Assembly (NCBI RefSeq): GCF_964355755.1 | Contig: NC_092676.1 | Coordinates: 29,964,871-30,028,870 of the forward strand | Direction of reading: 5' to 3' | DNA from: Antedon mediterranea | Lineage: Eukaryota > Animalia > Echinodermata | DNA length: 64,000 nt | Part shown: in pieces, positions 14,401 to 26,961 of the stretch | How the letters are laid out: every line of letters starts with the position of its first letter | Numbering within the stretch: the first letter of the stretch is position 1 | The notes under the pieces: generated by a model | The model's database searches: none | Told to the model about the DNA's origin: nothing | What the model saw: the letters and a program-made list of their open reading frames with translations, nothing else | Made by a program: the position numbers and the translations under genes

Positions 14401-17400
14401 AAAATTAAATCATTCTAAATTGACTTATGATGGATTTAATATTTTTATGCTTGCGTAGATATTGCACCAACTAACAGCCAGAGCAATTATCCGTGACTGG
14501 GAGGACGGAACGTTGGATGTTGACCCGGTAGAGCATGACATTAAGAAAGAAGCTCAGAAATCTTACATCATTGACCTGAGTAAAGAGTATTCTATAGTGA
14601 CACAGTTTACAAGTTTCATCGCCGTAGAAGAACGAAATAAGGTAAAATTAACAATAATCATAAAATTTTAATGATTTTATATAGTGATAATAAAATGATA
14701 TGTCTGTCGTTTGTGGGGCATCCCATGGTGGTGAAATTAGGTGGTATCTCTCTCTCATCTAATTGGTGCCGATTTATTAGCACCTTTCGGGGTCCCCCCG
14801 ATCAAGACGCAGCAGTCTATGAGGTAAATCTTTAGTATTCAACATTTCCATATACCTGTTTGTAGAGACTTGTAGAGAAATTGCATCGCCACCACAGCAT
14901 TTCTTGTGTTGTCAATGGTTTGTTTGATTTTTGTAATGATTTTACTTTAAAATATTTCCAGTGAAGCAACATGTTGATTTGATTCATTTGGTAAAAGCAT
15001 AAATGTACTTCTATGTTATATTCATTGTTTGTATTTATTATTTAGACTGATTTTGTGGACGCTATTTTTAAGCCAAGTATCAACGACCTTGTCGCAAAAG
15101 AGGATGTAGATACTATTCCTTATGTTTCATGGGAAGACACGCTTAAAATTGAAGATGTTGAATCAGATTTGCAAATACCTCCAGAAAAAACAACTGAAGA
15201 TAATTTATGTTACTCTGCTATGGAAATGGTAAGTAATAAATAAATGATGTAATCAATACAAATTTCACCTGGCCACTTTCATTCAAATATTACATGGCCA
15301 CCTTCACTACATTTTATATTATACTATTTCCATTACTAATGTACTTTTTTTGTTCTTTTTTTATTTAAGAAAATTTACAGTTTGGATCCAATGTGAGTCA
15401 TATTACTATAATATTATTATTATTACCAACTTAATTATTATTATTAAACTTTGATTTAGTCTTTATTCTAACTTCCTATGTCGTATGATTACAGTGGTCG
15501 TATTCACATGCTAAGGCAAACACTTTTACCCTTAAAATAATCTCATATCTAAGTGAATGCAATTTAGGGAAATATTTCTTGAGTTAAGTGAAATACTTAA
15601 TATTTACTGGAAATATCTCAGTGTGTATACGGCCATTTTACTCTAGAACCTATTCGGGGGACACCCCTATAAAAGGGAAATACACACTCCCATGAAATGA
15701 ACAAGGGGCAATATATATTTTAAAACTAAAGCCAACACCTATTTAGAGAACACTCCTACGCAGGTGAACTTTGTTAGACCCCAATGATGTCCATTTAATA
15801 CAAACTATTTTGTACTGACAACTTACAGTAGTAGTCAAAATACTGAAATGTTATGTTGTTTACTGCGGCAACGAGGCAGATTTGTTTTCAAAATCCAAGA
15901 TTATTGACATAACTTCTACCTAAGTCTTGTTTTCATAGCGATTTAGATAAAGTTTATTTTGTTTAGGCGCTATACAAAAAACAATTATTATTATTATTTT
16001 GTTGATTTCATAATGTACATGCATAACAAGTTTTTTTTTTTTTTTTTTTCAGGGAATTTGCCTGTAAGTTATTCTTTTACTAACATTAACACAGTGTTGT
16101 TATGAGAATCAGTTAATGTACACTTGTGTGGGTATTAATTAGTTGCACCATCCGTCGTTTATGATCAAAACAAGTCTTGTGATTGTTATTAAAAGCTAAA
16201 ATAATGTAATATTTGTACAATAGAAAGAATAGAATACAATAGACAATATATAATTAAAAAAAATAATACAATAATTGATTTCAATACAATGAACGTCAAA
16301 ATGTGGTAGTTTTTTTAAGGGTGCATTATTAGCATAAAGATTTGTGCTGTGCAAAGCACAAATCTTAAAACATGCATCCTCCATGTACTATGTATTGTGG
16401 GTGGTGTATGTGGAAATAAAGAATTGAATTGAATATAAAAAATCAATAATTAAAATAACAATAATTTTACTGTAAAGCTCTGTCTACACTATCAAACTTT
16501 ATGTGACAAAAAATGTGATATGCCCAAATATGGAAGTGATATGCACAAATATAGTAGTGATATGACATGTCCATATATGGGCAAATTCAGATAAAGTTTG
16601 AGAGTGTAGACAGAGCTTTAAGTTTCCTTGATTATTTATAGATATGGGTATTCCTGAATCAGTAAAGATTAAGAGTAGTAGATACAGACAATTAAGACAA
16701 GCAGGTTTGTATGAAACATCATTATTATTAATATTTCAATTTGTTATTAATAAAACAAATCATTTTTAAACTCATAAAAATACTGTGTTTACTCACTCTC
16801 AGGTTGTTATACAAATTATATATTACATATAATCCCTCAAGAAAAATATAATTATGTCTCTTTTTTTGGTAAAACCTGTTTTATAGCTTGTTATGATTTC
16901 GGTTTAGAACATCAAAAGATAGCTCCAGATTTAAGTGGAGTAGGTTGCATGGGAATAGATATTCGACCACGACGAGGAGGATTAAATATTAAAGGTATGT
17001 TTTCACATAGAAAATTAGACTTAAAATATGCCCATCTATGCTGTGTGTTTTTCACTGTTTTAGTTAAAATTTAAGTTATGATTAAGTGTTAAAGTTAAGA
17101 TCCTTCTTGCTTTCTTTTGTTTTTATTTTGTTTATGTATTTAAGAATTTATTTATTTTATATATACTAGGAGTTGCTGGCTTATTTAAGCCTAGTATGAT
17201 GTATGTATCTTATTTAGCTGGTCAAAATCAATCCTAGTAATTTCTTTTTCTTTTTTATTAGCAAAGAAGAGTGAAAAGCCAGTGAGATTTTCACCAGGTA
17301 ATCTCTTTGAGACACATGGTGATTGTCTGAGTATCTTATTTTATATTTGAATATACAAGCAGTTTTTGGTTCTCTAAGAAACTTTTATTAAAACTTTTTA

Positions 17401-20400
17401 TTGAAAACTTCATATGCTTTCACTTTCGTTAAAGGTGTATCCCCAAAACATGAATAAAATCTGACTTTTAATAGGCCATTTTGCAGTTTTAATAAAGTTA
17501 TTCACTTCTATAGAAAATGAAAACCAAACAAAATTATTATTTCACTTATAAAAAGACAAAATAAACAGTTTATTTTAACCAAAAACTCTGACATATAATT
17601 TGAGTATTTGTTGCTTTAAATTACATTTTTTTCAGGTAAATCATTTTTTTCATATGCGATTCAAAGTGAATAACTATTATGCGACATTAAAATATGCCAT
17701 TTAATGTCGACATTGAAATATGCTATTTAATGTTGACATTAAAATATGCCATTTAATGTCGCATAATAGTTATTTACTTTGAATTGCAAAAAAAAATATG
17801 CATGTTCAACAAAAAATGTTTTAAATAATTATTTTTTCAGAGGGACAATATATGCTTCTAAAACAGTATGCCTTAGGCGATTGCAGTGTCCCTGCACCAA
17901 CAGCTAAAGGTTTGATTTTCTTTCTATTTAGGAGCTAATTACTTAATTAGCCCTCAGTAGCATTTCCTGTCACCAACTTTGGTGCTTAGTGCACATAATT
18001 ATTATTCTTTTGTATTCACTTGATCTTGAAAATGGTTCTATGATGGTACCGAAATGTCCATCTCTCTTTTTTTCATTAAATTTATATTCAATCCTACTAA
18101 TTTCTAATCCTACTTTTTGTTTTTATTAGCATTAAAGAGTGAAAAGATAGCGAGACGTAGAAAAGGTAATTAATCTCTTAAAAGACCCATTTATGTTTAA
18201 GATTTAGTCTTTCAGTTTTATTGTTCTTATGAATGTTACATGAGTGATTGATTCTGTCTGTATTTTGATAATCAGAAGTTGGGTTCAAACAATAAAAAGT
18301 GTGTCAACGTCCTTACTGTATGAAACTGTATAACGAGCAAAATGGTATTGCACCACAAAAGATCAATGTTTACTTTATTGTTTATCTAATGGCGATACCT
18401 TTTTTCCACTAATAGCATCTTATTTAATGTTTGAATATACAAAAAAGTTTTTGGTTCTTTAAGAAACTTGTTTGATTAAACTTTCTTTCTTTCACTTTTA
18501 ATTAGCTCTACTTCTAGATTGTTTTGATTTGCTGTTACTATGTCAGTGTATGATTAAAAATGATCCAGCATAGTACAGTGTCAATAGTATGTAATTAGAG
18601 TGGCAAACTTGTTATATTTATATACTGTTATCATATACATTTCAGCAGCCGCAGCCCCAGAATATATTGGCAGCTTTGTAGGAAGCTGCAATTTAGAAGC
18701 ATTGGAAAGTTGTCCTCGTGTCCAAACAGGTTCAGGTAGTGTTCAAATTATTCATTGATTGCTTTAAATAAGTTTACAAGTTATCAAAAATGACATTAAA
18801 GGTAGAAAATCTGTAATACCAAGAAGAATATTAATCTCAGTTTTTTTTTCTAATTAGCAATACCTTTTTTCCACTAATAGCATCTTATCTTATCTTAATA
18901 TTTGAAAATACAAAAAGTTTTTGGTTCTTAAGAAACTTGTTTGATTAAACTTTCTTTCTTTCACTTTTGTTAAAGAATTAAATTGTTTTGATTTGGACAG
19001 TGTATCAGCACCAAGAGCTAAAGGTATGTTTTTTGATAAAACAAAATGCAAAACATGTATGTATCTATTGTACTGTTTCAGATTAGAATTTGTTTGTGTG
19101 CCAATGTGCTTATACTTAAGGTCCATTTACACTAGGACGATCTGCATTTTTCAAACATAATCAAAAGAAATGTAAATAGTTTTCATTCTAGAACTATAAG
19201 ATAACCATCCATGCTTTAATGAAAATGATACTTTCACAGCAACATTTTTATTTATCGTGACGCCTTGATTGGATTTTTAACAATAATATTTTTATCAAAG
19301 ACAGCATAAATGATTATTCTGTAGTTCTTCTAGAACGAAAACCTTTCTAATTTCTTTTTTTTTATCTAAGAAAAATGCATGCTTATTTATCGTCAATCGT
19401 TATCATCCTAATGTAAATGGGCCTTTATGTATTTGGATATCCAATTATCTTTATTATGATTAATATTATAATGATTTTTTTTTTTATCAGCATTTTCTAA
19501 CAGTAAAAGAAAAATTTATACTAAGTCATTTTCTAAAGGTATGATGTTAACTTATTATTCATGTATGTTGGTATAGTATCTTCATAAGCATGATTAATTA
19601 TTTAAAAAATCAACTGGACTGGCTATTAAATCAGCTCTCATGCTATTGGCATCATTGAACATTCCAGAAAAGAATTTGTTGATTAAACCATTTTATTTGT
19701 TTATCACATGCAATTTTTATTCGTACTCTAAATGAAGACATGATTATTGTAGTATTCAGTATTATGGTGATTACTGTAAAGACAGTACAGTAATGGTGAT
19801 ATACATAATCACTGTACAGTACAGTCCTTTCATTATCATTGTCTTTATAATTTATCTAAAATAAATTGGACGTTATCGTACCTAAAGTTATGGATTAAAC
19901 CATTTGTTTATTCCATGATATTTTCGTTTATATTTGAATGTCGATACTTCAAATGTAGATAATTCAAATGAAGAAATTGTGGTATACCTCATTGAATAAA
20001 GTAATTTTTTAAGAGACTTGTTTAATGACTTTTGATATGCTTTCAATTTGTGTGTGTGTTTAGAAGCCAGTTGTTTTGATATTATTGAGGCTCAATCACC
20101 ACCACCACTGCCGCCAAAGCTAAAACTTGCCAGTATGAACAACAGATCAGGTAATTTTAAAGTCACACGACAGCATCTTTTATTTTTCTATAAGACATTC
20201 TATTAGTGATACAGTCACTCAGGGAGAGACCTCTTGGGTTGAGCAGGAGAGACTCATGTTGTGTAGTGTTGACTCAATCCAATAAAGTAGTATTAGTGAT
20301 ACAGTCACTCAGGGAGAGACCTCTTGGGTTGAGCAGGAGAGATTCCTGTTGTGTAGTGTTGACTCAATCCAATAAAGTAGTATTTGTAGCTAGCTACTGT

Positions 20401-23400
20401 AAAGTTCTGTTTACACTATCAAACTAGTTTGACAAAAAAAGTGTAATGTGCCCAAATATGGTAGTGATATGCTTAAATATGGTAGTGATATATCATCATC
20501 ATGTGCCATAACTAATCCGTTTTTGTTGTCCATCATTCGAAACAGTAATGGTGATATACAATATAATGGTGTTCTTTAATTATCATTGTTTTTATTATTT
20601 ACTTAAAATAAATTTGAAGTTACCATACCTAAAGTTATGCATTAAAGCATTTGTTTATGCCATGATATTTTCATTTATATTTGAATGTAGATACTTCATG
20701 TGATGACATGGGTAGTTTATGTGGAATGGATTTCAAAAGCATGGTAAACTTCTCGGATTTAGGTAAGTTATTTCACCATATTAGATAACATAATTTAAAA
20801 ATAAGAAAACTGGAAAAAGATGGTAAACCAAGAAGAAAATTTGTTTTAACCAGTAATTCTGATTCTTTGGAATTGTTACAATAGAACAGTATTTATATAC
20901 TTAATGTTGTACACGTGTCTAGCTTTCTCAAAGTGAACTGAATGTTTACCTAATGTTGTACACGTGTCTAGCTTTCTCAAAGTGAACTGAATGTTTGCAA
21001 AACGTTTTAAGTACCATTTTAGTACTTTTAATCTTTTGAATCAACAAAAAAGAAACCTTCTCTTCTTTTCATTATACTACACAATATATACTTTTACACG
21101 TAATATACTGAGAATTAAATAATTCATTTATAACAGTGAGGACAAGGAATTATAATTACTCTAGCAATGTTTCCTTTTTTTTTCAGTGGAAAGAGGCGGT
21201 GTATTATCTGGTGAAAAACAGTTGAAAAGGGGTAGGTGCTGGATTTTAGCAGCATATGTATATTTATTTGCATATATATTTATGTAATGCTACAATTGTT
21301 GCTAGGTTATTATTAAGAATATCAAAATAATGTAAAGCTTGTAACACCATCAATGATGTCATTTATTTGTATTGTTCATTTGGAGTTCTCGCTTTTGAAT
21401 GTTGTTACTGAAATGTAGAATATAATTATTCTGTTTTTTTTATAATATTTTTAGCAACGATATTCAAGAAAAAAAAAGGTAAGTTTCTTGTGATTGGAAG
21501 TCAAAAATATTCAAATTAGAAACAAGTTAATAATCAGGTAGAATTAAAAGCTCTGGTATCCTTAGGCAAGATACAATTTTGGGTGTAGGTGTAGAAATGG
21601 GTACCAAGTTAGATCAAGACACAACTTTGCGCTGATTACTAGCTGCATTATGGGAGTATGTTTCCATACATGTTTGATAAAAAAAAGTGATCAGGTTAAT
21701 AATGTGAAGTGCTTAGAAGCATTGTGCAAAGCGCTATATAAGAACAATTATTATTATAGATGATTTGAAATAGTGGGTGGGCTTAAGGGCTGAACTGCTG
21801 AACTTAACCTACTGCTTTATCTTTACATTGTCATTTTCAAAACTTTGGAGCCAGTTGCCTGTTTTTTTGGTTGTTTTTTTTTAAATTGTTAAACAATTAA
21901 TAAATTATACTGCTTTATTTATCAGGATTTTCACTTGGTTTTCCTAAACGCAAAACAAATGGTAAATATGTTTTCATTTTGTTTAGCTTATTTTGTTGTT
22001 CAGAATTACTGTCAATGTATGATTAAAAATGATCCAGCATAGTACAGTGACAATAGTATGTATTTAAAGTTGCAAACTTGTTATAATTGATGATATTATA
22101 TACAGTTTCAGCAGCCACAGCACATTTCTCACTAGAAAGCTGCAATTCAGAGGCATTTGAAAATCGTTGTCATTTCCAAACAGGTAGTGTTCAAATTATT
22201 CATTGTCTACTTTAAATAAGTTATCGAAAATGACATTAAAAGGTAGAAAATCTTTAATAATACCAGGAAGAGTATTAATGTCACTCTCTCCTGGTATTAC
22301 TTGGTAACTAAGTTTGTCAAAATCCGGGAGAATGATCTTAATGAATTCTGCACAATTATACTACCATAAACTAAATTATTATTTTGGATTATGTTGATAG
22401 TTTTTGCCTTGAGTAAATTACTGTTATGTTTATCTATTTTTCCACTTTTATAGATACAGTAACAATATTTATTTAAATCAATGAAGTCAATACCAACTCT
22501 CCAGATATGAAATTTCATCAATATTGTCAATATATTTTTCCCCTAGATATGAAGAGTGATGATGAACTTGATTTTGATTTACTGTCTTACTATCAGAGTA
22601 AGTAAATACTTTGGTTTAGTACTGTCTTACTATCAGAGTAAGTAAATACTTTGGTTTAGTACTGTCTTACTATCAGAGTAAGTAAATACTTTAGTACTGT
22701 CTTACTATCAGAGTAAGTAAATACTTTGGTTTAGTACTGTCTTACTATCAGAGTAAGTAAATACTTTAGTACTGTCTTACTATCAGAGTAAGTAAATACT
22801 TTGGTTTAGTACTGTCTTACTATCAGAGTAAGTAAATACTTTAGTACTGTCTTACTATCAGAGTAAGTAAATACTTTAGTTTAGTACTGTCTTACTATCC
22901 GAGTAAGTAAATACTTTGGTTTAGTACTGTCTTACTATCAGAGTAAGTAGATACTTTGGTTTAGTACTGTCTTACTATCAGAGTAAGTAAATACTTTAGT
23001 ACTGTCTTACTATCAGAGTAAGTAAATACTTTTTTTTATTTTCAGTGGAGAATAATGAATTGGCACTTACTTCTGCTGAAAGTGATGCCATCTACCATTC
23101 TGTACAAAGAGTCTCTTCAGCTCAACACAAGGTAGTATACAAGTACTATTTAACGAGCGCTAAATAGTGCGTACTATTGCACGCCATGTGACCCACAATC
23201 GTCCAATCAAATGACAGGAATTTATTTAGGTGTTATAAAATAACAAATATCAAACAGGTTATTGAAGCATTTGAGCAGATATGTTTATCTTATAAAATGT
23301 GAATAATCTTAATTAATTGACATATTTTGTTTGTTGATCTTTAGCACAATAAATCATGGAGGATACCATGTCTACGTGAATTATTAAAACTTGAAAAATT

Positions 23401-26400
23401 GATTGAAGAACATGCTCAAATTATTTCACAAACGCATGGTAAGATTTAAGAGTTTCAATTATTAGTACCACATATATGTAATATTAAATACAGTACTTAA
23501 AACTCTTAAAAGAGTTTTAAGTACTGTACTGTATACTCAATTTGTACTGTATACTCAATCTGTACTGTATACTCAATTTGTACTGTACACTCAATCTGTA
23601 CTGTATACTCAATTTGTACTGTATACGCAATTTGTACTGTATACTCAATTTGTACTGTATACTCAATGTGTACTGTATACTCAATTTGTACTGTATACTC
23701 AATTTGTACTGTATACTCAATTTGTACTGTATACTCAATCTGTACTGTATACTCAATCTGTACTGTATACTCAATTTGTACTGTATACTCAATTTGTACT
23801 GTATACTCAATCTGTACTGTAGTACTCAATTTGTACTGTATACTCAATTTGTACTGTATACTCAATCTGTACTGTATACTCAATTTGTACTGTATACTCA
23901 ATCTGTACTGTAGTACTCAATCTGTACTGTAGTACTCAATTTGTACTGTATACTCAATTTGTACTGTATACTCAATTTGTACTGTATACTCAATTTGTAC
24001 TGTATACTCAATCTCTACTGTATACTCAATTTGTACTGTATACTCAATTTGTACTGTAGTACTCAATTTGTACTGTATACTCAATTTGTACTGTATACTC
24101 AATCTGTACTGTAGTACTCAATTTGTACTGTAGTACTCAATTTGTACTGTATACTCAATTTGTACTGTATATTCAATCTGTACTGTATACTCAATTTGTA
24201 CTGTATACTCAATTTGTACTGTAGTACTCAATTTGTACTGTATACTCAATCTGTACTGTAGTACTCAATCTGTACTGTATACTCAATTTGTACTGTATAC
24301 TCAATCTGTACTGTAGTACTCAATTTGTACTGTAGTACTCAATTTGTACTGTATACTCAATCTGTACTGTATACTCAATTTGTACTGTATACTCAATTTG
24401 TGCTGTATACTCAATTTGTACTGTATACTCAATCTGTACTGTATACTCAATCTGTACTGTATACTCAATCTGTACTGTAGTACTCAATTTGTACTGTAGT
24501 ACTCAATTTGTACTGTATACTCAATCTGTACTGTATACTCAATTTGTGCTGTATACTCAATTTGTGCTGTATACTCAATTTGTACTGTATACTCAATTTG
24601 TACTGTAGTACTCAATTTGTACTGTATACTCAATTTGTACTGTACACTCAATCTGTACTGTATACTCAATTTTTACTGTAGTACTCAATTTGTACTGTAT
24701 ACTCAATTTGTACTATATACTCACATTTTTTTATCACATAAACTTTGATAGTGTAGACAGAGCTTTATACGTGAGCAGTTATTCTGGCCTATGCCTATTG
24801 AGTTTGCTAAATAAATATTATTATTGTTAGATGAAATTGAGACCTGCAAGAGCATCTTAAGTACAGCAGTAGTGGTATGTTTGCTGGAGTATTTACTTGT
24901 GAATCTGGTAAAGGTTTGTCAAAATGGAACAAGGATTTGGACACGAACGGTTTACAGAACTGCATTTTATTCACTTTGGGAAGGTGAAAGTTATATGGAC
25001 AAAAAATCAAAAATGTCAAAAAAGCCTGACTGTGTATCGATGCAATTACTAAGGAAGCTTACACTGACTGGACTAACTCTTACAGAGTATGTTGAAAAAC
25101 ATATATTAGGGGCTTGGCAGCATGTACCAGGTATTTTTGAATTTCTTTTATTTAGAATCATTTTAATTATGGATAATAATAATAATGGGGCTAAGATGTA
25201 AGCAAGAGCTTTAGACGCAAAGTCGCTTTAAATGAATAAATATAAAATAAATAAATAAATGAATAAATTTAAAATAAATAAATAATTGAATAAATTCAAA
25301 ATAAATAAATAAATAAAATCAATAAAATGTACCATTGTAACGATAATAATAATACTAACAATAGAAATATGCAGTGTTATGTCTAGAATTCACTAGCCCC
25401 CTTCAACAAACCACACATAATACATAAGATATACAATTTCATTCAACAGTTTTTTTAGTAACACTAATGCTTGGTTCCCACTAGAGACGCAACACAAGGA
25501 CGTAACGCAACGAAATGAGTTAACGAATCACAAGCGATTGGATATTTGAACTGTAGCCTGTCCTTGGTCAACACGCTTGCATTGTTTCTAGGTCCTTGCG
25601 TTGCGTCCAAAGCTTAAGTGTCAAGATTACCGTGTCATCATCTTAAAATTTAAAAAAAAATTATTTTAAAATATAAACCAGTTCTATACAGATTATAATG
25701 TATCATTTTTGAATTAACGTTTTTACTTATACATACTTATATGTAGATTTAGATATCAGAAGTTTCAATTTTGCTGGTTCTGAAGTGAATTTGTCTGCAT
25801 ATATATTAAAACTGTTGTGGTCTGAATTTGATTGGGAAAGTGTAAGTTGATAGTACTTGTAATCATTATAAAACACTGAATTATAATGTGAAGTAAACAT
25901 TAGTGTGAGTTAATTAGTTGTTTAACTATAAAGTACATTTTTTTTGTATAACAACAGTAGACAATATACATTTAACATGTCCAACTGCATTCATGAGGCA
26001 CTCTTATAATAAGACACTTTGTTGGGTCAGAAATGTGTCCTCTTAATGGGAGTTCTACTGATTACCTGTATGTATGTATCATTTAATTATCTTATAGAAA
26101 ACATACATGAGTCACTCGAGGTATATGAAGTATAAGCTGGTTACATTTGTATGTGGCCAGTAATGTAACCATTTAATTACCTTATAGAAAACATACATGA
26201 GTCACTCAAGGTTGTACTGTATATAAAGTATAAGCTGGTTACATTTGTATGTGGCCAGTAATGTAACCATTTAATTATCTTATAGAAAAGATTTTGGAAA
26301 TTGTCTGCAACATTTGCTGTAATATTTGCCATCAAACGGAGATTTGTTGTTGCTTTGCTGGAACGTGCTGGTATCAAGGCACTAGGTAATCCATTTGACA

Positions 26401-26961
26401 TTTTTGGGAATGACTCTTGTAGTTAAAGTAATCTTATTTACTTTAGCAGCCCCTGACCCATTTATCCCTGTAGGCCTATATTTTACATTATGTTGGTCAA
26501 ATAAATTAATGAAATGAACATTAATGGACCATAGTAGTAATGGTAAAACACAAAGAACAATACAAGACAATTTGGAGAATGAGTTTAAAATAATTTGCTG
26601 TGACAATAATTATTATGTAATATTATTATTTATTTTTAAAAAGGCTTCTTAATTCTTAACAGCACTTGATTAAACAATCTCTGATTATTCTTGAATATTG
26701 AAAAGGTTATTTTTTTATTTTATAATTTTTTTTTTTGTAGATTTAACACTGCAGAAGAAAGTTCACTTCATGCTAGCTATTGCCATTGCTCTTGAAAGAT
26801 TCCAGTCTTCAAAGAATTTAAGAGAAATAAAAAAACAACCAATAAAACAGCTGAATGCATGGTTAGATGAGAGTGAAAATGATAACTATGGACTTGCCTC
26901 ACATCTAGAACTTGGCCAAGACTGGCGCGATGTGGCATCTAAGTTGTGTACAAATAAGTAA
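2458..26961 (+). CDS. PARP4: Protein mono-ADP-ribosyltransferase PARP4 (vault PARP), about 48 coding exons
   Basis: Domain order: BRCT (2458-2589, 3234-3420); WGR-like (FYQLELH...FRVFCHYG, 4150-4278); PARP regulatory and catalytic with H-Y-E (LLFHAS ~7680, GSGIYF ~8090, DDEFVVY ~8540); VIT (EAKYVFPLDDMAAVCGFEAFIDGK, SVGNLPP); vWA (FFLDMSNSM, LISDG); IIDLSKEYSIVTQFTSFIAVEER; a linker of mini-exons (15370-23438); C-terminal domain (FWKLS...AGIKAL...LELGQDW, stop 26961). GT-AG junctions preserve frame where checked. Confidence 0.93.
2629..2790. repeat. Degenerate ~23-24 bp G-rich minisatellite (TTTTCATGGGGGTTTTCCAGGAG) in a PARP4 intron
   Basis: About 7 imperfect tandem copies. Confidence 0.8.
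3945..4065. mobile_element. Abundant ~120-170 bp MITE family (AAAGCTCTGTCTACACTATCAAACT...AGTTTGATAGTGTAGACAGAGCTTT); first copy
   Basis: Terminal inverted repeats. Further full or partial copies at ~12293, 16474-16620, 20400, 24722-24766, 29810, 31165-31294, 31607-31776, 34699, 34826-34938, 36497-36641, 48702, 51011-51175, 53572-53711, 56270-56361 and 58889-59013. Confidence 0.88.
4342..4818. repeat. 47-bp minisatellite, about 10 copies
   Basis: Unit AACCACATAGCTTGTCCCACGTAGAATATGTATCTATCCTGAGCRAT. Confidence 0.95.
5699..5826 (+). mobile_element. tRNA-derived SINE; related copies on the - strand at ~33880-34000 and ~39620-39695
   Basis: A-box-like TGGCTTGGTGATTTAG and B-box-like GGTTGAAGTCC. 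The body AATGACAAATTACAACTCCACTC..CCCAAAGACTTG matches the reverse complement at ~33890-33925. Confidence 0.7.
11079..11538. repeat. 41-bp minisatellite, about 11 copies, at the left end of a MITE-like element (related copy ~15497-15634)
   Basis: Unit TTCACACTGATGCTAGTATACTTAAGCTGCTGAAGTCACCA. Confidence 0.95.
13107..13433. repeat. 82-bp tandem repeat x4 forming almost the whole PARP4 intron 13107-13446
   Basis: Units start at 13107, 13189, 13271 and 13353, each beginning GTTAG. Confidence 0.93.
17655..17788. mobile_element. Palindromic MITE-like element with internal 26-bp units
   Basis: TGCGATTCAAAGTGAATAACTATTATGCGAC...GTCGCATAATAGTTATTTACTTTGAATTGCA inverted arms. Confidence 0.7.
19118..19427. 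mobile_element. MITE, PIF/Harbinger-like
   Basis: Imperfect TIRs AAGGTCCATTTACACTAGGACGAT / ATCATCCTAATGTAAATGGGCCTT. Confidence 0.7.
21545..21760 (+). mobile_element. SINE fragment with Deu/CORE-like central domain and L2-like tail
   Basis: TCCTTAGGCAAGATAC...GTAGAAATGGGTACC, and a tail of AAGCGCTATATAAGAAC plus (ATT)n. Confidence 0.55.
22580..23030. repeat. 40/35-bp minisatellite, 12 copies, spanning an exon end and 5' splice site
   Basis: Unit TACTGTCTTACTATCAGA-GTAAGTAAATACTT(TGGTT)TAG. Confidence 0.95.
23521..24722. repeat. 18/19-bp minisatellite, about 65 copies, in a PARP4 intron
   Basis: Unit GTACTGTATACTCAAT(T/C)T with a GTACTGTAGTACTCAATTT variant. Confidence 0.97.
25467..25614. 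mobile_element. MITE (GCTTGGTTCCCACTAG...GGGAACCAAGC family); second copy ~39760-39887
   Basis: Two dispersed similar copies; the copy at ~39760 has inverted termini. Confidence 0.65.

Noticed and set aside
19959-19981. Additional PARP4 mini-exon
   Set aside because: 23 nt, not phase-symmetric, weak donor, and it lies in the duplicated block with the mutated acceptor.
23506-24669. Repetitive ORFs (TVQIEY, SIQYKL, YCILNL)
   Set aside because: They are translations of the 18-bp minisatellite inside a PARP4 intron.
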